Source: an uncultured Aliarcobacter sp. (GTDB taxonomy: Bacteria; Campylobacterota; Campylobacteria; Campylobacterales; Arcobacteraceae). Taken from it: a stretch of 64,000 nucleotides of DNA. The translations under genes were made by a program, and so were the position numbers. The notes beneath the pieces are model-generated. The model ran no database searches. It was not told the origin of the DNA and saw only the letters and a list, made by a program, of their open reading frames with translations. Positions 10,047 through 20,287 of this stretch are shown piece after piece. Every line of letters starts with the position of its first letter. The stretch's first letter is position 1. Where the stretch lies: positions 1,440,001 through 1,504,000 of the forward strand of contig OY781945.1 of assembly GCA_963677435.1 (NCBI GenBank), read 5' to 3'.

Positions 10047-11236
10047 ATATAGCCATAGTTATAAATCATGATATATATTCAGGTGGTGGGTTTCAATACT
10101 CGTATATGGTTTTAAATCTTTTAAAGAAATATCATAAGGATAAGACAATCAAATTATCTTTTTATAGTATAAATAAAGATATTTCTATTGATTATCAAGA
10201 TTTAGATTTAGAGATAGAAATAATCAATGAAAATTTATTCCAAAAAATTCATAGAATAGCTCTGAAAAATATTTACTTTTACAATTTTTTTAAGAAATTG
10301 GGATTAAGAAAATCAAAAATAGAATCAAAGATTATTAAAGATGGAATTGATTTGATATATTTTTTATCTCCAAGTCAAATTACTCATTCTTTAATTGAAC
10401 TTCCATACATTATAACTTTATGGGATTTAGGTCATTTAAATTTGATAGAATTTCCCGAATTAAGTCATAATAAAATATTTGAAGGTAGAGAAGAGAATTA
10501 TTCTAATAGTTTGAAAAAGGCTATAAATGTAATAGTTGATTCTACATATTTAAAAAACTATTGTATATCAAAGTATAATTTGGAAGAAAATAGAATTAAA
10601 ATTTTACCCTTTATTCCAAATGTATTAATTCTTGATAATAAAAATTTTGTGAATATAAAAGAAAAATATAATATTAAAAATGATTATATTTTTTATCCTG
10701 CACAGTTTTGGGCACATAAAAATCATATATATATATTAAAAGCAATTAAGATATTGAGATATGAACAGAATATCGATGTCAGTGTTGTTTTTTCTGGTTC
10801 AAATAAAGGAAATCTTAATTATGTTTTGACATCTGCAAAGAGTATGGGGATAGAGAATTTAATTCATTATGTAGGATTTGTAAAAAATGAAGAAATACCT
10901 TATTTATATAAGCAATCTCTATCTTTAGTAATGCCTACATATCTAGGACCAACAAATATTCCTCCTTTAGAGGCATTTGCGTATGAAACACCCGTTTGTT
11001 ATTCAGATACACCATTTTTTAGAGAACAGTTTGAAGAATCAGTATTTTTTATGGATTTAAATAATCCAAATAGTTTATCTGAAAATATATTATTCATAAA
11101 AAATAATAAAGATATAGTTGATAATAAAATTTTAAAAGGTAAAAATATTTTAGATAATTGGAAAGAAGAAGACTTTTATAATAAATTATTAAAAGTATTT
11201 AAACGATATCAATACATTAGAGAATGTTGGGAATAG
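10016..11236 (+). CDS. GT4 family glycosyltransferase (start uncertain)
   Basis: FYPAQFWAHKNH, PTYLGPTNIPPLEA. Confidence 0.85.
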   Translation: MECCVDNKILNIAIVINHDIYSGGGFQYSYMVLNLLKKYHKDKTIKLSFYSINKDISIDYQDLDLEIEIINENLFQKIHRIALKNIYFYNFFKKLGLRKSKIESKIIKDGIDLIYFLSPSQITHSLIELPYIITLWDLGHLNLIEFPELSHNKIFEGREENYSNSLKKAINVIVDSTYLKNYCISKYNLEENRIKILPFIPNVLILDNKNFVNIKEKYNIKNDYIFYPAQFWAHKNHIYILKAIKILRYEQNIDVSVVFSGSNKGNLNYVLTSAKSMGIENLIHYVGFVKNEEIPYLYKQSLSLVMPTYLGPTNIPPLEAFAYETPVCYSDTPFFREQFEESVFFMDLNNPNSLSENILFIKNNKDIVDNKILKGKNILDNWKEEDFYNKLLKVFKRYQYIRECWE

Positions 11237-11254
11237 AAAACTTAACTAATCATA

Positions 11255-12256
11255 TTATTTATATAAAAATCTTTTCCCAAAATTAATAAATCTTTTTTCT
11301 ACATATTTTTCTAAAAAGAATCCAAAAATAAATACTAAACAAATAATAAGACAAAATGATAATAATGGCTTATCTGGATTAAGATTGAAATATAATATTA
11401 TTTGAATAATAGGAAAATGTATAATATAAATGCTGTATGAAAAGTCAAATTTAATTTTAATATATTTAATGAAAAAAACTAAATAAAAGCATATTATTCC
11501 CAAAAAAATAGGGTCAAAGAAATTACTAATATGAATATTAGAATAGTTTCTGATATAAATTAAACTTATAAAACTTATAAAACTTATAAAATGGAAATAT
11601 TTATGATTTTTTCTTTCATATAATAAATAAAAAATTATTCCAACAACGAAAAATCTAAGTTGTCCAGGAAATTGGTGTGATAAACTTTCAAGATGTAGAT
11701 AATTCATAAAATATTTCCAAAAGAATGAAGTAAGATAAAGAAATATAATAAACTTTATTCTAATTTTTTTATAAAGAAAATATATTAATGGAACTGCAAG
11801 ATAAAACATTATTTCAATTTTTAATGTCCATAAACTACCATTTATAGCATTTACATGTAGTTCACTTAATGTTTGACCTACTGAAGGTGATAAAAAATTG
11901 AGATAAAAAATATTTACAAGAAAGTATTTTATATACAAAAATATATTAGTTTCTTTTGAATAAAAAATAAAAAATAATGTTTGTAATATTATTATTATCA
12001 AATATAACGGATAAATTCTAAAAAATCTTTTTACAAAAAAATTTTTTTCTGAATTATCTTTATCAAAACTCCAAAATATTAAAAAGCCACTTACTATAAA
12101 GAACATCTGTACTGAATAACCAGAAATAGAAAAAATAAAATTTGTTGATTTATTTCCTGTTAGTGTATTCCAATGTGCAAATACAACTAATAATGCTAAT
12201 ATTAATCTTAATATATCAAAATTATTTTCTTTTCTAATTTTAGTACGATCATTCAC
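11255..12256 (-). CDS. Acyltransferase-3 family membrane O-acyltransferase (OafA-like)
   Basis: FDILRLILA..V...H, FFIVSGF, KRFFRIYP, NGSLWTL..E, SYSIYIIH. Confidence 0.9.
   Translation of the reverse strand: MNDRTKIRKENNFDILRLILALLVVFAHWNTLTGNKSTNFIFSISGYSVQMFFIVSGFLIFWSFDKDNSEKNFFVKRFFRIYPLYLIIIILQTLFFIFYSKETNIFLYIKYFLVNIFYLNFLSPSVGQTLSELHVNAINGSLWTLKIEIMFYLAVPLIYFLYKKIRIKFIIFLYLTSFFWKYFMNYLHLESLSHQFPGQLRFFVVGIIFYLLYERKNHKYFHFISFISFISLIYIRNYSNIHISNFFDPIFLGIICFYLVFFIKYIKIKFDFSYSIYIIHFPIIQIILYFNLNPDKPLLSFCLIICLVFIFGFFLEKYVEKRFINFGKRFLYK
11562..11588. repeat. 9-bp tandem repeat (AAACTTATA)x3 inside the acyltransferase gene
   Basis: Read directly; encodes FISFISFIS. Confidence 0.8.
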
Positions 12257-12415
12257 CTAATATACTTTTCCTTGTTACTTCTGTAAATTAAAATAATTTA
12301 TATACTTTTTGGATTTATTATACTCACAGTATAATAAAAATATAATAATAAAGAAATCACAATAATAATCAAAGTTTATTAATTAGATATATTAAAAGAT
12401 TTAAGGAAAAAATAT

Positions 12416-13240
12416 ATGATTAAAGATAGACTATATTACTCAAATATCATTGTAAATAAAATTGAAGAAAATAGAGAAATAATTATAAAAAATATTGAAC
12501 TACAAGTTAAAAAAGGTTCTACTTTTATATTTTTCACAATTGATAATCTTCTACCTGTTGGAGATGTAATGGAAATTTATTCTAAATTTCCAAAAAAAGA
12601 GGAAATGAGAGAGAAAAAAAATCTAAGGGAATATAAACTAATAGAAGCACAATTAAATAATCATGATAGAATTCTTGAAGAAATAACTTACTCTTTTCAA
12701 GAAAAAAAGGTTATAAATAGTATTGCATCTATTATTGGCAATAATGACATAATTGCTGATGAATTTTTATATGCAGGTGGATTAAGTAGAATGGAAGAAG
12801 GAAACTACTTAAACCCTCATTTGGATAATTCCCATGATAAAGATAGAAGTTTATATAGAGTTTTGAATTTATTATATTATGTAACACCAAATAGAGAGAT
12901 AGAAGATGGAGGGAATCTTGAATTATGGGATAAAGGACTAAAAAATAATCGAACTATAATACATTCAAAATTTAATAGATTGGCAATTATGGTTACAAAT
13001 AAAGAATCTTGGCATGGTGTAAGTAAAGTAAAAAAAGGTAATAGATGTTGCATATCAAATTATTATTTTTCAAAAAAAGCAATGACTACTGATGGTTATT
13101 TTCATGTAACATCATTTAGAGGTTTCCCAGATCAAAAGATAAAAGATATTGTTCTTCAATCTGATACAGTTTTGAGAACATTAATTAGAAAGTTATTCCC
13201 AAAAGGTATTGTGAAAAATACTCATATATATAAAAAATAG
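12416..13240 (+). CDS. 2OG-Fe(II) oxygenase
   Basis: HxD (PHLDN), GGNLELW, SWHGV and a distal Arg (RCCISNYY). Confidence 0.85.
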   Translation: MIKDRLYYSNIIVNKIEENREIIIKNIELQVKKGSTFIFFTIDNLLPVGDVMEIYSKFPKKEEMREKKNLREYKLIEAQLNNHDRILEEITYSFQEKKVINSIASIIGNNDIIADEFLYAGGLSRMEEGNYLNPHLDNSHDKDRSLYRVLNLLYYVTPNREIEDGGNLELWDKGLKNNRTIIHSKFNRLAIMVTNKESWHGVSKVKKGNRCCISNYYFSKKAMTTDGYFHVTSFRGFPDQKIKDIVLQSDTVLRTLIRKLFPKGIVKNTHIYKK

Positions 13241-13341
13241 AATAAAAAATTTGTTTACTTTTATGCTTAATACTTATTATATAAAGAAGTGAATAGAATT
13301 ACTAAAAAAAGATTAGATTTATAAAATTAAAGAGTAATAAA

Positions 13342-14097
13342 ATGAACAAAAATCCAATAGTCTCTGTGATTACAGTTGTATATAATGGTGAAAAATTTAT
13401 TGAAGAAACAATAAAAAGTGTCTTAAATCAGACTTATAATAATATAGAATATATTATTATAGATGGTGGCTCAACAGATGGAACTATTGACATTATAAAG
13501 AGATATGAAAATAGAATAGATTATTGGGTTAGTGAGTCAGATAATGGTATTTATGATGCATGGAATAAAGGAATTAAAATAGCGAAAGGTGAATGGATAA
13601 GTTTTCTTGGGGCGGATGATTTTTATTTAAATGATGCTATAACAAATTATATAAATTTAATTATAACTTCTCCTAAAGATAATATAATGTATGTATCTTC
13701 TAAAAATATATTATGTGATGAAAACAAAAATAAAATAAAAATTATAGGTCAAAAGTGGAATTGGAATAAATTTAAAGTTTATATGAATGTGGCACATGTA
13801 GGTTCCTTACATAATAGTAAATTATATAAAATATATGGTTTTTATAATACTGAATTTAAAATTTGTGCTGATTATGAATTTCTTTTAAGAGTTGGAAAAA
13901 ACTTAATTACAGAATTTCTTGATGAAGAAACATGTTTTATGCGAAATGGAGGTGTAAGTAATATAAATAATAGAGTTTTTTTAGAAACCTTTAACGCCAA
14001 AAGAAAATATCATACAAGAAATATTGCATTGTTATACTATGATTTAATTATTGCATTAATGAAATATAAATTAAGGAATATCCTTCATGGCTATTAA
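13342..14097 (+). CDS. GT2 family glycosyltransferase
   Basis: SVITVVYN, IDGGSTDGT, GIYDAWNKG, FLGADD, ADYE. Confidence 0.92.
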   Translation: MNKNPIVSVITVVYNGEKFIEETIKSVLNQTYNNIEYIIIDGGSTDGTIDIIKRYENRIDYWVSESDNGIYDAWNKGIKIAKGEWISFLGADDFYLNDAITNYINLIITSPKDNIMYVSSKNILCDENKNKIKIIGQKWNWNKFKVYMNVAHVGSLHNSKLYKIYGFYNTEFKICADYEFLLRVGKNLITEFLDEETCFMRNGGVSNINNRVFLETFNAKRKYHTRNIALLYYDLIIALMKYKLRNILHGY

Positions 14098-16414
14098 ACA
14101 AGAGACTTATTTTTATTTTTTATTTTTTTCATTTATTTTATTTACATCTTATTTAAGTAATATTTTTAAGACGAGCTCCTTCCAATTTTTTACAACTTTT
14201 TTTATTTTTTTAATTTCTATATTTATAATTCTAATGATAAATAAAAATGAAAAATTAAAACAAAAATATTCTTTGAGATTAGAACCATTTTTAATAAGTC
14301 TATTCGTTTATATATTTGCTATATCTATAATTAGTTTTATTAATCATTCAAATTTTGACTTTTTAAGATTTATTATTTCTTATATTTTAATAATTATTTA
14401 TATGATATCATCTTTTTATGTTGCCGTAACAATATATAATATTGATGATACAGAAATATATAATTATGTAAAAGTATTATATTTTATATTATTACTAGAT
14501 GGAATTATAAGTAGTATAAATTATCACTTTACAACTTCAAAAGTTATGGTATTATTTGCAGAACCATCTCATTTTGCATTAATTCTTTTGCCAATAACTT
14601 TATTTATTTATATTAAAAAAGATAATAATTTTTTAATTCTTATTCCTCCATTAATTATATCATTAGCTATACAAAACTTAACATTACTAGTAGGAATTTT
14701 TTTATTTTTCATATGTCAAAAAAGAAATAATTTTTTATTAAAAATAGTAATATTAGGCACTATAGTTATTTTATTAATCAATTTTTATGATTTTTCTTAT
14801 TTCATTAAAAGATTGGATTTCTCAAGTGTAAAAAATATGTCTACATTAGTTTTTTTAAGTGGATGGGAAAATGCAATATTAAATTTTAAAGATACACATG
14901 GATTAGGAATAGGTTTTAATCAATTAGGATTAATCGGTGAACAAGGTTATTATAGAAGTATTTTAGTAAATGATAATCATGGCACAGTTAATCTTTATGA
15001 TGGTGGAACAACAGGTTCTAAACTGATTTCAGAAATAGGAATAGTAGGAGTTTTTTTATTGTTAATATATTTATATAGTTTATTTAAGTTTTATAAAATA
15101 ATATTAAATAAAATAATATTAAATAATAAAGATATATTAATATTTTCTTTTTTCTTTTCTGCCTTTTTTGAATTTTTTTTAAGAGGGATTGGATATTTTA
15201 CTCTAGGGATGTTTCTATTTTTAGTCTCTTGTATTTACTTGAAAAAATATAATATATTAAACAAATATAATACTACATTAGAGAAAAATAATACTACAGA
15301 TAAAAAATTAATTATTATTTCTGCTATAAATTTGCGTACGGGAGGAACACTTACTATTCTAAATGATTGTCTAAATTTTGTAGATGAATATTTATATAAG
15401 AATTACCGTATTTTAGTACTTGTTCATAGAAAAGATGTAATAATAAAAACTAAAAATTTAGATTTCATAGAGTTTCCTAATTCTGTAAAATCATATTTTT
15501 TTCGCTTTTATTATGAATATATTTATTTTAAATATTTATCAAAAAGAAAAAAACCTTATTTATGGTTTTCTTTACATGACATGACACCTAATGTCGAAGC
15601 AAATATAAGAGCTGTGTATTGCCATAATCCAACACCTTTTTATAAAATAAGTTTTAAAGAGTTTCTTTTTGATAAAAAATCATTTCTATTTTATTTGTTT
15701 TATAAATACATTTATAGAATTAATATTCATAAAAATGATTATGTTGTAGTTCAACAAAATTGGTTAAAAGAAGAATTTCTAAAAATGTATAAAATTAAGA
15801 ACTGTATAGTTTCTTATCCTTCTATTCCAATTAAAAATGTCAATGAGATTGATTTAAATTTAGAAAAGAATAGCAAATTAACTTTATTTTATCCTTCTTT
15901 TCCTAGAGTTTTTAAAAATATAGAACTTATTTGTGAAGTTATGGAAAAACTTATAAAATATAAAGACATTGAATTGATTTTAACAATTAACGGTAGTGAA
16001 AATAAGTATTCAAAATATTTATATAAAAAATATTGTAAGAATAAAAATATAAAATTTATTGGTTTGCAAACTAGAAAACGTATTTTTGAATTATATGAAG
16101 TTTCTGACTGTTTAATATTCCCTTCTAAATTAGAAACTTGGGGACTTCCTCTATCAGAGTATAAAATTTTTAATAAACCAATACTAGTTTCTAATTTGGA
16201 ATATGCAAAAGAAACAATAGGAAATTATAAAAAAGTAAAGTTTTTTAATCCAAATAATGTTGAAGAGTTAGCAAAAATCATTATAGATTTATATCTTAAA
16301 AAGTTAAAATATGATGAAGTAAAAAATAAAAAGTTAAAATCTGATATATTTTTAGGATGGGATCAATTGTTTAAAAAATTATTAATCAAAGAGAGAGCAA
16401 ATGAAAACAATTAG
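14087..16414 (+). CDS. Fusion of a Wzy-like polymerase (N-terminal ~390 aa) and a WbbK-like GT4 glycosyltransferase
   Basis: Polytopic N-half with AEPSHFAL and GLGIG. C-half has SAINLRTGG, YCHNP, FYPSFPRVFKN and FPSKLETWGLPLSE, recalled as similar to E. coli WbbK. Confidence 0.75.
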   Translation: MAIKQETYFYFLFFSFILFTSYLSNIFKTSSFQFFTTFFIFLISIFIILMINKNEKLKQKYSLRLEPFLISLFVYIFAISIISFINHSNFDFLRFIISYILIIIYMISSFYVAVTIYNIDDTEIYNYVKVLYFILLLDGIISSINYHFTTSKVMVLFAEPSHFALILLPITLFIYIKKDNNFLILIPPLIISLAIQNLTLLVGIFLFFICQKRNNFLLKIVILGTIVILLINFYDFSYFIKRLDFSSVKNMSTLVFLSGWENAILNFKDTHGLGIGFNQLGLIGEQGYYRSILVNDNHGTVNLYDGGTTGSKLISEIGIVGVFLLLIYLYSLFKFYKIILNKIILNNKDILIFSFFFSAFFEFFLRGIGYFTLGMFLFLVSCIYLKKYNILNKYNTTLEKNNTTDKKLIIISAINLRTGGTLTILNDCLNFVDEYLYKNYRILVLVHRKDVIIKTKNLDFIEFPNSVKSYFFRFYYEYIYFKYLSKRKKPYLWFSLHDMTPNVEANIRAVYCHNPTPFYKISFKEFLFDKKSFLFYLFYKYIYRINIHKNDYVVVQQNWLKEEFLKMYKIKNCIVSYPSIPIKNVNEIDLNLEKNSKLTLFYPSFPRVFKNIELICEVMEKLIKYKDIELILTINGSENKYSKYLYKKYCKNKNIKFIGLQTRKRIFELYEVSDCLIFPSKLETWGLPLSEYKIFNKPILVSNLEYAKETIGNYKKVKFFNPNNVEELAKIIIDLYLKKLKYDEVKNKKLKSDIFLGWDQLFKKLLIKERANENN

Positions 16415-17234
16415 CATTTCAATAGTTTTATTTAACAACAAAAAAGAACAAATAATTAAAGTAATTACAAGTCTTTTATTGTGCGAAAGTTTAGAGATAA
16501 AACTTTTTTTAATAGATAACTCGTCAAATGATGTTTTGAAAGAATTGGTAAATTTAGATGAGAGAAGAATAGAATATATTTTTAATAATGAAAATTTAGG
16601 TTATGGAAAAGGTCATAATATTGCAATAGAAAAGAGTATAGAAAGAGGAATTTCCTATCACTTAGTTTTAAATCCTGATGTTTATTTTGATAAAGATGTT
16701 CTATTAAAACTATATGTCTACATGGAAAAACATACAGATGTAGGGAATATTATTCCTCAAGTAAAATATCCAAATGGTGATATTCAATATTTATGTAAAC
16801 TTTTACCTTCTCCATTTGATTTAATATTAAGAAGATTTATCCCTTTTAAAACTTGGAAAAATAGAAATAGTGAGAAATATGAATTGAAATTTACAGGATA
16901 TATTAAAATTATGAATGTGCCGAGTCTAAGTGGATGTTTTATGTTTCTAAGATGTAATATACTGAAAGAAGTTGGACTATTTGATGAAAGTTTTTTTATG
17001 TATTTAGAAGATGTAGATTTAAATAGGAGAATTCATGAAAACTATAAGACAATATTCTACCCTGAAGTTCAAATTTATCATGAATATGCAAAAGATTCAT
17101 ATAAAAATAAAAAGTTATTAATTTATCATATTAAATCTGCAATTAATTATTTTAATAAGTGGGGATGGTTTTTTGATAAAAAAAGATTTAAAATTAATAA
17201 TAGAATAATAAAAGATTACAAAAAATTATTATAA
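16401..17234 (+). CDS. GT2 glycosyltransferase, WbbL-like (rhamnosyltransferase family)
   Basis: NLGYGKGHN, LNPD, GCFM, FDESFFMYLEDVDL. Confidence 0.85.
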   Translation: MKTISISIVLFNNKKEQIIKVITSLLLCESLEIKLFLIDNSSNDVLKELVNLDERRIEYIFNNENLGYGKGHNIAIEKSIERGISYHLVLNPDVYFDKDVLLKLYVYMEKHTDVGNIIPQVKYPNGDIQYLCKLLPSPFDLILRRFIPFKTWKNRNSEKYELKFTGYIKIMNVPSLSGCFMFLRCNILKEVGLFDESFFMYLEDVDLNRRIHENYKTIFYPEVQIYHEYAKDSYKNKKLLIYHIKSAINYFNKWGWFFDKKRFKINNRIIKDYKKLL

Positions 17235-17286
17235 TTACATCTATTTTTTATTTAAGAAAATGATATTAATATGTATATGAAGTTAT

Positions 17287-18207
17287 TTACAATCCTCTTT
17301 TCCCTATTACTATCATTATAGTTTTAAATATAATTTTTATTTCAAGTAGTATAGTCCAATGTTTAATATAGTATAAATCATACATAAGCTTTTGTATAGT
17401 GTCATCAACATTAGTGCCATATGGATAATTTACTTGTCCCCAACCAGTTATTCCTGGTTTAATAAGATGTCTTTCATGATAATAAGGAATTTTCTGTTCA
17501 TATTCCTTGACTAATATGTCCCATTCAGCTCTTGGTCCTATTAAATGAATTTCTCCTCTTATTACATTAAGTATTTGGGGAAGCTCATCAATTCTACTTT
17601 TTCTTAAAAATCTACCATAAGGGTATATTCTATCATCTCCTTCTTTTGTATAGGGATCATGATAGCTATTTTCATGCATTGTACGAAACTTTCTACATTG
17701 AAAAACTTTTTTATCTTTTCCAATTCGATTTTGTTTAAAGTAAAGCTTTCCTGGAGATTCTTTTTTCATTTTACTTTTTATAATATAAATAAAAGGCCAT
17801 CCAAATAAAAATAATAAACTAACTCCTATAAAATCAATAATTCTTTTTTGAATATATTGAAAAGTATTAAAAGGTTTTATATCATCTAAAAAATGTAAAT
17901 CTTCATTATCTTTAGGAATATAGCATTTATTAAGATAACTTTCAAGAAATTTCTCTATTCCAATTAATTTTATTTTTTTCTCAAATTGTAAGTTTGTTAA
18001 ATACCTAACAAGTTCATCAGGTACTTTTCCTTGTGTATTTAATACTATTACGTTATACTCTTTATTACTAATTAAAGATTCAATTTGATTTTTAGTTTCA
18101 TTTGGATTTGTATTTTTATAATCTATTTGCTTGAAAATTTTAAACTTTTTAGATAATTGTTTTTTTTCTACTTCTGTAAAAATATATTTTCGTCCAAGAA
18201 TTAACAC
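17287..18207 (-). CDS. Undecaprenyl-phosphate sugar phosphotransferase (Bac_transf)
   Basis: KRIIDF, KFRTM, RIDELPQ, GPRAE, KPGITGWGQV, YDLYY. GTG start. Confidence 0.92.
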   Translation of the reverse strand: MLILGRKYIFTEVEKKQLSKKFKIFKQIDYKNTNPNETKNQIESLISNKEYNVIVLNTQGKVPDELVRYLTNLQFEKKIKLIGIEKFLESYLNKCYIPKDNEDLHFLDDIKPFNTFQYIQKRIIDFIGVSLLFLFGWPFIYIIKSKMKKESPGKLYFKQNRIGKDKKVFQCRKFRTMHENSYHDPYTKEGDDRIYPYGRFLRKSRIDELPQILNVIRGEIHLIGPRAEWDILVKEYEQKIPYYHERHLIKPGITGWGQVNYPYGTNVDDTIQKLMYDLYYIKHWTILLEIKIIFKTIMIVIGKRGL

Positions 18208-18244
18208 TTATTCATTTTTCCCTTTTAGTTAAATTAAAATAGTT

Positions 18245-19081
18245 TTACCATAATTTTTTATTCAATAAGTCTTCTAATTTTTTGCTATCTTCTTCAAAGA
18301 TTTTTTGTAGAAAATCTTTTTCTTTATTAAAATTAGGTTTTTCTTCCATTGTATTAAATAACAAAGTTTTTATTTTGTATTTTAAATTATCGGGAATATA
18401 TTTATATATAAAATTATAAAGATGTAATTTTCTTAAATAATAAATAATCGGACTCCTAGCTCTTGAATAAAAATTATACTTAGAAGAAAAATTAATTTCA
18501 ATTCTTTCTATATCAAGAAAATTAAATACATCATTCATAATTAACTCTGGATTATTTTTTAATTCTTTAAAAGAAATTACTAATAAATTATCTTTAAATA
18601 ATTCTTTATAATATTTAACATTTTCATAATATAGACTATTCCCAACATACTCTTTATAATAAAGTGAATTTTTATCTTTTAAATAATGGAATAGTGATTT
18701 ATTTACATAACCAATTCTTAAATCCATTAAATAATGAGAGATTGCTCTTTCTATTGGATCTCTAAGAATAACAATAATTTTTGATTTAGGATTAAAGTTT
18801 AATATTTTGCTAGCAGATTCTTTATAGTATAGATAAGAAGGTGAGATATCAGCAATAATCTTTTCATTTTTTGAATCATGATAATTTTTCAAATAATCAT
18901 TTTCATTATTTGCAAAGTAAACATCATAATATGTATTTTTAACCATAGGTAGAGAAAAAAAATGCTGCTCTTTAATTTCAGGGACAAAAACATTATTATG
19001 ATTTTTTAGATAATGATACATTGATGTTGTTGCACATTTAGGTGCACCAATTATAAAAAGATTTGGTTTATTCATATACAT
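18245..19081 (-). CDS. Sulfotransferase
   Basis: IIGAPKCATTS, KE.HFF, SPSY, LRDPIERAISHY. Confidence 0.88.
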   Translation of the reverse strand: MYMNKPNLFIIGAPKCATTSMYHYLKNHNNVFVPEIKEQHFFSLPMVKNTYYDVYFANNENDYLKNYHDSKNEKIIADISPSYLYYKESASKILNFNPKSKIIVILRDPIERAISHYLMDLRIGYVNKSLFHYLKDKNSLYYKEYVGNSLYYENVKYYKELFKDNLLVISFKELKNNPELIMNDVFNFLDIERIEINFSSKYNFYSRARSPIIYYLRKLHLYNFIYKYIPDNLKYKIKTLLFNTMEEKPNFNKEKDFLQKIFEEDSKKLEDLLNKKLW

Positions 19082-19255
19082 TCAACTTTCTTAAAATTAT
19101 ATTATTAAGATTAGATTATACTTTTTAAACATTTAATATAACTTAATATTGATTAGTTAGGGATTTTTATTATTTTAAGATTAATTTGTTGTTACTTTCA
19201 AGTTATATACAAGTGTTATAGTTTTTCTAACTAAATAGTAGGGGGAAAATTATTT

Positions 19256-20233
19256 ATGAAAAAGATTATTGTGATTGCAGGTTTATCTGCATTGTGTGTT
19301 AGTTCTTTGTTTTCATTTGATGCAAAAGAGTTAGCTACTCGTTCAAACAACGGATATAAATCAGATGTAAAAGTTGAGTACAAAGTTCCAGATGAAAAAA
19401 ATATTCCAGATAATAAATTTGGAGAACTTGTAAAATACGGGAAAGAGCTTATTGTTCATACTTCAAAGTACATAGGTCCAGAAGTTGAAGACCCAAAAAT
19501 GAGATTTGCTGGAAACAACAACCAATGTCAAAACTGTCACTTAGATGCTGGAACAAAAGCATATTCTGCTCCATTTGTTGGAGTATTTGCAGCTTTTCCT
19601 CAATATAGACCAAGAGAAGATAAAGTTGGTACTTTAGCTGATAGAATAAATGGTTGCATGGAAAGAAGTATGAATGGTTATAAATTACCAGTTGATAGTA
19701 AAGAAATGAGTGCAATTCAAGCCTATATGTTTTGGTTAAGTCAAGGAGTTCCAGTTGGTACTATGAAACTTGAGGGAAGAGGGTTAGCCAAAATTGATAG
19801 AAAAATGGTTAAATCACAAGCTGCAGATACAGTAAAAGGTGAAGTGGTTTACGCTAATAACTGTGCAGCATGTCATGGTGCAAATGGTGAGGGAATTAAA
19901 AACGAAGGTAAAGCAAATGGATATATGTATCCAGCTCTTTGGGGAACAGAAGACACTTATAACAAAGGTGCAGGAATGTACAGAGTTCTAAAAGCTGCTG
20001 ATTTTATAAAATACAATATGCCTTTAGGTGCAACAAAAGAAGCTCCTGTTTTAACAGATGAAGAAGCTTACAATGTAGCTGCCTTTATAAATATGGATTC
20101 TCATTATAGACCTGAAAAAATCAATAGACCAAATGACTTTCCAGATGCTGTAGTAAAAGCTCCAGATGTTTATAGACCAGGTGTTGAGTCAAAAGAACAC
20201 CAAGTTGGACCTTTTGGTAAAATTATCAAATAA
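19256..20233 (+). CDS. tsdA: Diheme cytochrome c thiosulfate dehydrogenase/tetrathionate reductase TsdA
   Basis: Signal peptide, CQNCH and CAACH heme motifs, RINGCMERSMNG catalytic Cys motif, NMPLG. Confidence 0.88.
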   Translation: MKKIIVIAGLSALCVSSLFSFDAKELATRSNNGYKSDVKVEYKVPDEKNIPDNKFGELVKYGKELIVHTSKYIGPEVEDPKMRFAGNNNQCQNCHLDAGTKAYSAPFVGVFAAFPQYRPREDKVGTLADRINGCMERSMNGYKLPVDSKEMSAIQAYMFWLSQGVPVGTMKLEGRGLAKIDRKMVKSQAADTVKGEVVYANNCAACHGANGEGIKNEGKANGYMYPALWGTEDTYNKGAGMYRVLKAADFIKYNMPLGATKEAPVLTDEEAYNVAAFINMDSHYRPEKINRPNDFPDAVVKAPDVYRPGVESKEHQVGPFGKIIK

Positions 20234-20239
20234 TAACAT

Positions 20240-20272
20240 AGAGAATATGATTTCATATTCTCTTATCTTTTT
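20240..20272 (+). terminator. Hairpin after tsdA, probable intrinsic terminator
   Basis: AGAGAATATG-attt-CATATTCTCT followed by a T-rich tail. Confidence 0.55.
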
Positions 20273-20287
20273 AGATACAATCAAATT

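Noticed and set aside
1..19081. Phase-variable homopolymer tracts in the glycan locus
   Set aside because: No long poly-G/C tracts were seen; A/T runs of 8-9 are expected at this composition.
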